From Candidatus Krumholzibacteriota bacterium (lineage in GTDB: Bacteria; Krumholzibacteriota; Krumholzibacteriia; LZORAL124-64-63), in assembly GCA_039714075.1 (NCBI GenBank), contig JBDLKA010000045.1, positions 1-25,888 of the forward strand: a stretch of DNA of 25,888 bases, read 5' to 3'. Made by a program: the position numbers and the translations under genes. Within the stretch, counting starts at the first letter, position 1. The number at the start of each line of letters is the position of its first letter. Positions 16,564 through 24,126 of the stretch are shown here, piece after piece. The notes beneath the pieces are model-generated. The model worked only from the letters and a program-made list of their open reading frames with translations. It was not told the DNA's origin and searched no databases.

Positions 16564-17262
16564 ATGAAGGCTGTCATTCTCGCAGGGGGTTTGGGCACAA
16601 GGCTGAAACCCTTTACGGAGATCATTCCCAAACCCTTATTGCCCATTGGGGAAAAAGCCGTTCTCGAAATCCAGATCGAACACCTGAAGGCCCATGGATT
16701 CGATGAAATCTTTCTGGCCACGAACTACAAATCAGACTACATCAAGAAATTCTTTGGTGACGGATCGCGTTACGGCGTCAACCTGACCATCAGCAAAGAG
16801 GAAATCCCCCTGGGAACCGCCGGTCCCCTGGACCTTCTCAAGGACCGGTTGACCGAGCCTTTCGTGGTGATCAACGGAGACGTAATTTCCGCGTTGGACC
16901 TGACAAAGTTTTATGATTTCGCCGTGAAGGACGACTCCTATCTGACTCTTGCCATCAAGAAGATTCTGACCCCGTTCGCTTTCGGAAATATTTTCTTCGA
17001 CGGCGACAGGGTCACCGGCATCGAAGAGAAGCCTGATTTGGTCAATTTCATTCTGGCGGGAATCTACGTCATGGATCCCCAGATATTCCAATTCATTCCT
17101 TCCGGGGAATATTTCGGCATGGACAGCCTCATCAAGAAAATGCTGGCCGAGGACTGCCCGGTATCCAAATACGAGATCGAGGAATACTGGCTGGACATCG
17201 GTCGCATGGACGACTTTGAAAAAGCCCAGGAAATCTACTCCAAGAAGGATGGAGGGGAATAA
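16564..17262 (+). CDS. Sugar-phosphate nucleotidyltransferase (probable guanylyltransferase, PtmE-like, without CBS domains)
   Basis: MKAVILAGGLGTRL, PKPLLPIG, PLGTAG, VINGD, EEKP, AGIY and YWLDIG. AGGAAAGG RBS. Confidence 0.88.
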   Translation: MKAVILAGGLGTRLKPFTEIIPKPLLPIGEKAVLEIQIEHLKAHGFDEIFLATNYKSDYIKKFFGDGSRYGVNLTISKEEIPLGTAGPLDLLKDRLTEPFVVINGDVISALDLTKFYDFAVKDDSYLTLAIKKILTPFAFGNIFFDGDRVTGIEEKPDLVNFILAGIYVMDPQIFQFIPSGEYFGMDSLIKKMLAEDCPVSKYEIEEYWLDIGRMDDFEKAQEIYSKKDGGE

Positions 17263-18407
17263 TGTCTCCGGACTGGGACCTCTTCATTTCGTTTGTCAGA
17301 GGTCTGTACGGTACCGAGGAATTCATCCCCCTGCACAGCCCCCGGTTTCAGGGCAATGAAAAGAAATACCTGGAAGAATGCATCGACTCCACGTTCGTAT
17401 CCAGCGTGGGTGAATTCGTTTCCCGGTTCGAGGAGGATTGCGCCCGTTTCACCGGCGCCGAACATGCCATTGCGACGGTTAACGGAACCGCTGCGCTGCA
17501 TGTCGCCTTGAGGTTGGCCGGGGTTTCCCGGGGCCACGAGGTCTTGACCCAGGCCCTGACATTTGTCGCCACGGCAAATGCCGTTTCATATACCGGCGCC
17601 CAGCCTGTATTTGTTGACGTGGACCCGGATACCATGGGGCTTTCACCCGCGGCCCTCAAGGACTTCCTGGAAAAATACGCCGACCGGTCCGGCGATGAGT
17701 GCCGCAATACCGCCACGGGCAACATCATCAAGGCCTGCCTGCCGATGCACACCTTTGGCCACCCGTGCCGCATTGATGAAATATGCGAAATCTGTGATCA
17801 TTACAACATCACCGTGATTGAAGATGCGGCCGAGTCCCTCGGTTCCTTTTACAAGAACCGTCACACCGGAACTTTCGGCCTCATGGGCCTGCTCAGTTTC
17901 AACGGCAACAAGACGATCACCTGCGGCGGCGGGGGTATGATCCTGACCGACGATCCCGAATTGGCCGCCCTGGCCAAGCATATGACCACCACGGGAAAGA
18001 CCCCCCATCCCTGGGAATACCACCACGATATCGTCGCCTACAACTATCGTCTGACCAATTTGAGCGCGGCGCTGGGATGTGCCCAGATGGAGCAGCTGGA
18101 TCAGGTTCTGGAAAGCAAAAGAAGGGTGGCCGATTCATACCGGGAATTTTTCGAAAACACCGGGTTCCGTTTCTTCTGGGAACCGGCAAATGCCCGTTCC
18201 AATTTCTGGTTGAACTCGATAATCCTGGCATCGAAGGAAGAGCGGGACGAATTCCTGTCGTTCACCAACGACAACGGCGTGATGACCCGCCCCGTCTGGC
18301 AACTCATGTCAAGCCTGCCGATGTACAAAGGCTGCTTCGCGGGTTCCCTCGACCATTCCGCTCACCTTGCGGACAGAGTCGTCAACCTGCCAAGCAGCCA
18401 ATTGTAG
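17262..18407 (+). CDS. legC: LegC-family PLP-dependent NDP-sugar aminotransferase (DegT/DnrJ/EryC1/StrS)
   Basis: IPLHSPRF, DSTFVSSVGEFV, VNGTAALH, TFVATANA, EDAAESLGS, SFNGNKTITCGGGG (PLP Lys) and YNYRLTN. TAATG coupling to the upstream gene. Confidence 0.9.
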   Translation: MSPDWDLFISFVRGLYGTEEFIPLHSPRFQGNEKKYLEECIDSTFVSSVGEFVSRFEEDCARFTGAEHAIATVNGTAALHVALRLAGVSRGHEVLTQALTFVATANAVSYTGAQPVFVDVDPDTMGLSPAALKDFLEKYADRSGDECRNTATGNIIKACLPMHTFGHPCRIDEICEICDHYNITVIEDAAESLGSFYKNRHTGTFGLMGLLSFNGNKTITCGGGGMILTDDPELAALAKHMTTTGKTPHPWEYHHDIVAYNYRLTNLSAALGCAQMEQLDQVLESKRRVADSYREFFENTGFRFFWEPANARSNFWLNSIILASKEERDEFLSFTNDNGVMTRPVWQLMSSLPMYKGCFAGSLDHSAHLADRVVNLPSSQL

Positions 18408-18427
18408 AGAGGCCTCTTTTTCCGGAT

Positions 18428-19009
18428 CTATTCCTTTTCCCTTTCCGCCAGGAATTCCTTTTCCAGGGCCAGCAATCCCTTTGACCTGTCCTTGAAGCGC
18501 TTGGCTGGAATCCCGAGGTACATCCCCCAGGGATCGAGATCCTTGTGAACCAGACTCATGGCCCCCACACTGGTTCCCTCCCCGATGACCGCCGGTCCCA
18601 GGATCGTGCAGGAACCACCCACAATGACGTGGCGGCCCAATACCACCGGCCCACCCCGTATCTTCAGGTATTTCTTGGGAATGGTCTGGCCGGTGAGATA
18701 ATCCCCGGAATAGTCGTCGGATGAGCTGTAGATGACCCCGTTTGCCGCCAGGCCCGCAAAATCCTTGAACTCGATGCCAAGCGCGCCGCTGAGATGGCAT
18801 CCACGGGCGATCAATACGTTTCTTCCGATGGTGATATAACCGGAAAACGCATTTAGCGTGCAAAAATCATCAATCCGAACATCGTCCGCGATGGAAATGT
18901 TTTGCGGTCCATAAATCCTGGCGTCCTGGGAAATCCTCACATTCTTACCGAGGGACTTGAAGCCAAAATCCTTGAGATCGTCCTCCGTCAGGTACCGGCT
19001 TTGCAGCAT
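18428..19009 (-). CDS. Left-handed beta-helix N-acyltransferase, AntD/VioB-like (4-amino-4,6-dideoxy NDP-sugar acyltransferase)
   Basis: GFKSLGKNVRIS, VRIDDFC, SDDYSGDYLTGQTIP, HVIVG, GEGTSVGAMSLV and LDPWGMYLGIPA with hexapeptide repeats. Confidence 0.85.
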   Translation of the reverse strand: MLQSRYLTEDDLKDFGFKSLGKNVRISQDARIYGPQNISIADDVRIDDFCTLNAFSGYITIGRNVLIARGCHLSGALGIEFKDFAGLAANGVIYSSSDDYSGDYLTGQTIPKKYLKIRGGPVVLGRHVIVGGSCTILGPAVIGEGTSVGAMSLVHKDLDPWGMYLGIPAKRFKDRSKGLLALEKEFLAEREKE

Positions 19010-19030
19010 CGGGTTGGTCCTTTCATTCTT

Positions 19031-19054
19031 CAGGTCCGGCAGGGCCGGGGCCTG
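19031..19054. other. GC-rich stem-loop between the legB stop and the acyltransferase RBS
   Basis: cagg(t)ccggc-agg-gccgg(gg)cctg with no U-tract. Confidence 0.35.
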
Positions 19055-20065
19055 TCAGATGTTGTATTGGTCGGCTTTGTAGAAACTGAGGTTTTCCGGC
19101 TGGGCGAACCAGGCTGCGGTTTCGGCAAGCCCCCGTTTGAATCCTTCCAGCCCGCCGTATTCCGGCGTCCAGCCGGCCAGGTCGCGGGCCTTGTCAATTC
19201 CGGCAAACAGGCGCTCCACTTCGCTCTTTTCGGGCCGGACACGCTGATCGTCGGCCAGGATCTCCACCTCGGCACCCATGACTTCGGCGATGTGGGCCGC
19301 GGTGTCCCCAATGGAAACCTCGAAATTGCTGCCGACGTTGATGACCTCGCCCACGCTGCGGTCCGCTTCCGCTACGGCGATGAACCCGCGTACGGTGTCC
19401 ATGACGAAACTGAAGTCGCGGGTGGGTTCGAGGGAACCCAACCGGATCTCCTTCATCCCGTTGGCGATCTGGGTCATGATGGTCGGGATCACGGCCCGGG
19501 CCGACTGGCGGGGCCCGTAGGTATTGAAGGGCCGAATGACCGCCACCGGCGTCTCGAAAGCCTGGTAATAGGAAAGAGCCACCTGATCGGCGCCGATCTT
19601 GGTGGCCGAATAGGGCGACTGCCCCTGCAGGGGATGTTCCTCGGTGATGGGCACGAACTGGGCCGTCCCGTAGACCTCGCTGGTCGAGGTGTGGACGACC
19701 TTGGCGACACCCAGGTCACGGGCCGCCTGAACCACGTTGAGAGCACCCTTGATGTTGGTGTCCACGTAGGAATGTGGCGAATGGTAGGAATACGGAATCC
19801 CGATGAGGGCGGCGAGGTTGAGCACCACATCGCACCCCTCCATGGCCGTCCGGACCCCATGGGGATCCCGGACGTCGCCGGCGAAGACATCCAGGCCGTT
19901 CTTGATATCCGCGGGCGAATGGTCCAGCCAACCCCACGAATTGAAGGAGTTGTACAGGACGAAGGCGCGGACATCGTGGCCCCGGCGGACCAGCTCTTCG
20001 GTCAGGTGGGAGCCGATGAAACCATCGGATCCGGTAATCAGGATTTTCTTGCCGCTGAGGTCCAT
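19055..20065 (-). CDS. legB: NAD-dependent 4,6-dehydratase LegB
   Basis: ITGSDGFIGSHL, YNSFNSWGWLD, LAALIGIPYSY, TSTSEVYG, QSPYSATK (YxxxK), RPFNTYGPRQSARAVIP and RPEKSEVERL. Confidence 0.92.
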   Translation of the reverse strand: MDLSGKKILITGSDGFIGSHLTEELVRRGHDVRAFVLYNSFNSWGWLDHSPADIKNGLDVFAGDVRDPHGVRTAMEGCDVVLNLAALIGIPYSYHSPHSYVDTNIKGALNVVQAARDLGVAKVVHTSTSEVYGTAQFVPITEEHPLQGQSPYSATKIGADQVALSYYQAFETPVAVIRPFNTYGPRQSARAVIPTIMTQIANGMKEIRLGSLEPTRDFSFVMDTVRGFIAVAEADRSVGEVINVGSNFEVSIGDTAAHIAEVMGAEVEILADDQRVRPEKSEVERLFAGIDKARDLAGWTPEYGGLEGFKRGLAETAAWFAQPENLSFYKADQYNI

Positions 20066-20137
20066 GAAATCGTGCTTTCCCGTTTTTGGATTGAGGGATG
20101 AAACCGTACCTGGGTTCGGTCAGCGTGGAAGGTAATG

Positions 20138-20146
20138 ATTATAACA
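20138..20146 (-). promoter_or_regulatory. Consensus extended -10 promoter for the legB-acyltransferase unit
   Basis: Minus strand reads TGtTATAAT, 72 bp upstream of the legB ATG. Confidence 0.65.
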
Positions 20147-20253
20147 TGCAGCCCTTGAGACTGAAACTGTTTCTTCACAACTTACTGTCGACAGGGACTA
20201 TGCAGCAGGTCCGGGAAATTTTGGACCTTTTTGGACAAAATTCCCGAATCAGT

Positions 20254-20262
20254 TGCTATAAT
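20254..20262 (+). promoter_or_regulatory. Consensus extended -10 promoter for the flippase
   Basis: TGcTATAAT, with TGGACA at 20232-20237 further upstream. This argues for the ATG at 20345 over the TTG at 20231. Confidence 0.65.
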
Positions 20263-20344
20263 TGTGCGATATCCGGTTTCCCGGATCGACGGCCGGTCCC
20301 TTGGCCCCCCGGGTTTTTTCCCAAAGAAAGACGAAGACCAGTAC

Positions 20345-21844
20345 ATGGGTTTCAGCCTCGGCAAATCGGTCAAAAGCCTCATGCAACTAGCCTCGGCCAA
20401 TGTCGCGGTCAAGTTTCTCGGCATCCTGATGATCGCTTTTTTCGCCCGCTACCTCACCAAGGAGGAATTGGCGATCCTGCCGGTGTACGAAATGCTGGCC
20501 GCCCTGTCGGGAATCGTCACCAATTTCGGCATCCAACCCACCTTCCTGCGCACCCTGCCGGCCAGGTTTTCCGAGGATATCGATGAGGCACGGGGAATGG
20601 TGTTCACGGGGGGAGCGCTGATGGTTTCCGCGTCTGTCGTTTTTTCCCTGGGGATTTTCCTCCTGGCGGACCGGATTAATCCTATCGTGTTCAAGGGACA
20701 GGACTTCGCCCATCTCATCCGGATCGCCTCGCTGGGTTTCATGTTCGTGTCCATAAAGAATTTTTCCCACGTTGTCCTGTGGTCAAGCTCACGCTTCGAC
20801 CGGATATCCGTGGTCCAGGTGACCGCCGCGATCGGCCGCGCGGTTTTCCTGGGGGGATTCCTGTTGTTATGGGACATCGAGGGATTGACCTTCGGCCTGG
20901 TCATGAACGAGATTCTGTGCGCCTCCCTGTCGTTGTATTTCATCAGGGATATTCTCGTCGGCCCCCGGGTGCCGTTCTATCCCCTCAGGGCCCTTTTGAA
21001 AAAATCCTGGGCCTTCTATTTCGAGGGTTTTCTCATCTATTTCCGCTCCCAAGGCGACAACTGGATCATCGCCACCCTGCTGGGACCCGCGGCCATGGCC
21101 GTCTACTTCGTTGCCAAGCGCTTGCCCACGATGATGCTGATGTTCATTGAATCCCTCGACAAAATCGTGACTTCGGAGATCTCCAAACGCCAGAACAAGC
21201 CCGACGAGATGAAGCCCTACCTGCGCAGTTTGTTCCTGGTCAACGCGCACATGACTCTTCCGGGCACCGTTTTCGTCATGGGTCTGGCGCCGCTGTTCAT
21301 CCTGGTGGTGGCCGGCAAGGCCTACCTGGGCGCCATCGTTCCCAGCGTGATCCTGTGTGCGGTTTTGCCTCTTCAAGCCCTTCAGCTGCCGCTTGCCCGT
21401 GGCATTTTCGTGATTCACCAGCCCAAGGTGCGGGTGATCATGACAATGATCGAGTCCGCTGTCCTGATCATCTCCTTGTTTATTCTTACCCCCCTGCTGG
21501 AGGAAAACGGCATCGCCTTGAGCCGCTTCGTGGCGGCGGCGGGAGCACTTTTGATGTCGCTTCTGGTGATGAGAAAGTCGATCGGCCTGGGCCTACCCTG
21601 GGGCCAGGCGGCCCTCTCGGCCCTGTTCGCGGCGATCATGGCGGGAGTCATGCTGGCATTGCAGAGCTGGAACAACAACCTGTTGCTCGCCCCGGCCTAC
21701 GCGGTGGCGGGAATCGGCGTCTTCCTGATCCTGGTCAGCCTGTTCAACAGCAGGGCCTACTACGAGGTCGTCAACACCGTCATGCCCTTCCACCTGCCGG
21801 ACCCCGTTCGCGCCACCGCCAGGGCCCTGGCCAGGCGTTCCTGA
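20345..21844 (+). CDS. wzx: Wzx-type oligosaccharide flippase (PST/MOP superfamily)
   Basis: About 499 aa with a dozen or more hydrophobic segments. FARYLTKEELA..., TNFGI and DNWIIATLLGPAAMAVYFVAKRL patterns. Confidence 0.88.
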   Translation: MGFSLGKSVKSLMQLASANVAVKFLGILMIAFFARYLTKEELAILPVYEMLAALSGIVTNFGIQPTFLRTLPARFSEDIDEARGMVFTGGALMVSASVVFSLGIFLLADRINPIVFKGQDFAHLIRIASLGFMFVSIKNFSHVVLWSSSRFDRISVVQVTAAIGRAVFLGGFLLLWDIEGLTFGLVMNEILCASLSLYFIRDILVGPRVPFYPLRALLKKSWAFYFEGFLIYFRSQGDNWIIATLLGPAAMAVYFVAKRLPTMMLMFIESLDKIVTSEISKRQNKPDEMKPYLRSLFLVNAHMTLPGTVFVMGLAPLFILVVAGKAYLGAIVPSVILCAVLPLQALQLPLARGIFVIHQPKVRVIMTMIESAVLIISLFILTPLLEENGIALSRFVAAAGALLMSLLVMRKSIGLGLPWGQAALSALFAAIMAGVMLALQSWNNNLLLAPAYAVAGIGVFLILVSLFNSRAYYEVVNTVMPFHLPDPVRATARALARRS

Positions 21845-21854
21845 ACCAAAGGGA

Positions 21855-22847
21855 TCAGTCCGCGGGCAGGATGGAGAATACTGCGTTGAGCTGGTGTTTC
21901 TCCAGGTTGATGTCCCACTCCATGCGTCCGGCCTTCAAGTCGTAAAGGGCTACCCGGGTGGGCAGCTTCCCCGCGCTTTCCCGCTTGCCGACCTGGAATT
22001 TCACCCACTGCACGTTTTCCCGGAATTTGCTCGGGCGCAGCCGCGAAAAGCCCACCAGAATGCGGTCGTCGTCCAGGATGTGCAGGCCGCGGCACCAGCC
22101 GAGGGTCTTGTTGGTGTCGGTCATGGCGTTCAGGTCGTGGACGGCCAGCACCTCGCAGGTCACCGGGTCGGCGATGACCACGTGCCCGTCGACGGCCGTG
22201 AAGTAGACCTTGCCGTCGTACACGTTCCCGTCGTGGACCTTTTCGATCCCGATATCGATGATTTTCTCCGGATTGCTCAGGCAGATGACGTCCTTCTGGA
22301 CGAAGCGGGACACCCAGAGTTCGCCATTGATCTCGAACACATAGTTCGGATGGGCGTGATGCGGCTTGGTGGTGGTCACCTTGCGGTAGTCGATATCCTT
22401 GTCGAAACGGTCCCAGATGTCCTTGCCCGGCAGGACGCTGATTTCCCGGACCACCTCGCCGTCGGGGGTCAGTTCCAGGACCATGTCCAGGCCGGTGTTG
22501 GCGATCAGGTAGTTTCCCGCCTCGTTCACCACCACATGGTGAACGTCGTTGAGCCAGGGATGGGTGGTGTAGCCCACCTGCTTGAAGTCAGGCAGCGAGT
22601 AGGCCAGGATCTCGGTCTGGGTGCAGACCAACAGGCGGTTTCCGTTCAGCGAGCCGGCCTTGAAGACGATGTTGGCGCTCTTGTCCTCGGGCCGTATTTC
22701 GTCGGGGGTGATGTACGACGCGCATTTGGTCATCGAGCCGTCGGCATCGTCGAACACGAAGATGGAGGCTTCGCCGTAGCTGAACCATTCGATGTAGTCC
22801 TTGACCTTCTTGCGCTGGGCGCCCCCGGTCACGTAGTACTTGGCCAC
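21855..22847 (-). CDS. Beta-propeller protein with arylsulfotransferase-like/DUF4915-like motifs
   Basis: 330 aa of repeated beta-blade patterns. NDVHHV, ANTGLD, HAHPNYV, WVSRF, VHDG and GWCRGL motifs. No signal peptide. Confidence 0.6.
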   Translation of the reverse strand: MAKYYVTGGAQRKKVKDYIEWFSYGEASIFVFDDADGSMTKCASYITPDEIRPEDKSANIVFKAGSLNGNRLLVCTQTEILAYSLPDFKQVGYTTHPWLNDVHHVVVNEAGNYLIANTGLDMVLELTPDGEVVREISVLPGKDIWDRFDKDIDYRKVTTTKPHHAHPNYVFEINGELWVSRFVQKDVICLSNPEKIIDIGIEKVHDGNVYDGKVYFTAVDGHVVIADPVTCEVLAVHDLNAMTDTNKTLGWCRGLHILDDDRILVGFSRLRPSKFRENVQWVKFQVGKRESAGKLPTRVALYDLKAGRMEWDINLEKHQLNAVFSILPAD

Positions 22848-22874
22848 TGTTCCACTCTTTCCTGGTAATGGTTC

Positions 22875-24074
22875 CTACCGGCTCATCGCTTGGTCGTAGA
22901 CCCGGCAAAGATCGTCGTAAACCCGTCTGAAATCGAATTTTTCTCTCACTAGTTCAATCGCCGCCCGTCCCATCTCCAACCGGGATTCGGGATCCCGGAC
23001 CATTTTTTCGATCGCCGCGGCCAGCCCTTCGCTGTCGTCGACATCCACCAAAAGGCCGTGGCGACCTTCCTCGATGATGTCCACCAGCCCGTTGATCCGC
23101 GTGCCGACCACCGGCACACCGCGCGCCATGGCCTCGAGCAGCACCATGGGCAGGCCCTCCCAGCGTGACGGCATGGCCAGCAGGTCGGCCGCCCGCATGA
23201 CATCCCCCAGATCCTGAAGATTGCCCGGCAGGGATACGGTGTCTCCCACTCCGAGTTCGGCTATCTGTTGCTCCAGATCCGGCCGCAAATGGCCCTCCCC
23301 TCCAATCAGGATGCGAACCGGCAGCCCCTTCTCCTTCAACAGCGACGCGGCGTCAACCAGGCACTGAAAATTCTTGGCTTCGGTCAGCCGTCCCGCCGCC
23401 ACGATCCAGAAATCATCCACGCCTACGCTATACCTGGTGCGCACTTCGAGTTGAGTCTCTTCCGGAAGCGGGTCGGGCACCGGAACCCCGTTGTCCACCA
23501 CCACCACCCGGTCGGCGTCATCGTCCGACACGCCCAAGGTCGCCAGCAGGGATTTTTTGACTTCACCCGATACCGCCACAATCGCTCCGCAATGGCGGAA
23601 CATCATCCGGTAGGCCTTCAGCTTGACGAAACTGCTGAAGCTCTTTTTTTCGGTCCCCCGCAGAAACCTGTTGTTGTGGATGGTGACCACGACCTTGCAC
23701 TTCCCCGTCAGCGAGAGCGCCAGGCCCCAAAGGTTCGTATCCGGAAGATGAGTCTGCAACACCTGGATACCCTGGTTTTTCACCGCCCTGGAAATCAGCC
23801 CATAACCCCTGATGATCGAGGCGGCAAAGCGGAATGGGTTCCTGATGGACTCCCGTTGATAACCCAGGTACTCAACAGACACTTCGGGATCGAAGCGTTC
23901 GGAAACGGGTCCGGGTTCCGAAAGGACGATGATTTTGGAGCCCAGGCCCCGCCTTGCGTGGGCATTGGCGATCAAGGCGAGGTAGGTTTCCGCGCCGCCC
24001 ATGCCGGCGTGGGCCAGCAGGTGACCCACCACCATGTTGCAGGCGCGAGCAGACTCATTCGCTGTCCCCGTCAT
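22875..24074 (-). CDS. Glycosyltransferase family 4
   Basis: GMGGAETY, VTIHN, VAVS, VDNGV, AGRLTEAKN and PSRWEGLPMVLLEAMARGVPVV. AGGAG RBS. Confidence 0.94.
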   Translation of the reverse strand: MTGTANESARACNMVVGHLLAHAGMGGAETYLALIANAHARRGLGSKIIVLSEPGPVSERFDPEVSVEYLGYQRESIRNPFRFAASIIRGYGLISRAVKNQGIQVLQTHLPDTNLWGLALSLTGKCKVVVTIHNNRFLRGTEKKSFSSFVKLKAYRMMFRHCGAIVAVSGEVKKSLLATLGVSDDDADRVVVVDNGVPVPDPLPEETQLEVRTRYSVGVDDFWIVAAGRLTEAKNFQCLVDAASLLKEKGLPVRILIGGEGHLRPDLEQQIAELGVGDTVSLPGNLQDLGDVMRAADLLAMPSRWEGLPMVLLEAMARGVPVVGTRINGLVDIIEEGRHGLLVDVDDSEGLAAAIEKMVRDPESRLEMGRAAIELVREKFDFRRVYDDLCRVYDQAMSR

Positions 24075-24126
24075 ACGTTTCTCCTGCAGGCCATGGATAC
24101 CTCGATCGGCTGGAAGATGGATCCGG

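Noticed and set aside
16242..16706. 154-aa ORF across the divergent spacer, and the 162-aa ORF at 20098-20586
   Set aside because: They overlap promoter elements and real genes out of frame and have no recognisable features.
20231..20344. Longer TTG-start versions of wzx (20231) and the MBOAT (12555), and the GTG start of the nucleotidyltransferase (16555)
   Set aside because: Promoter and RBS positions and family-typical N-termini favour the ATGs at 20345, 12579 and 16564.
1916..21855. Shufflon or recombinase-driven inversions explaining the alternating orientation
   Set aside because: No recombinase in the window and no long shared inverted repeats were found by eye at the junctions. An einverted run would be needed to exclude this fully.
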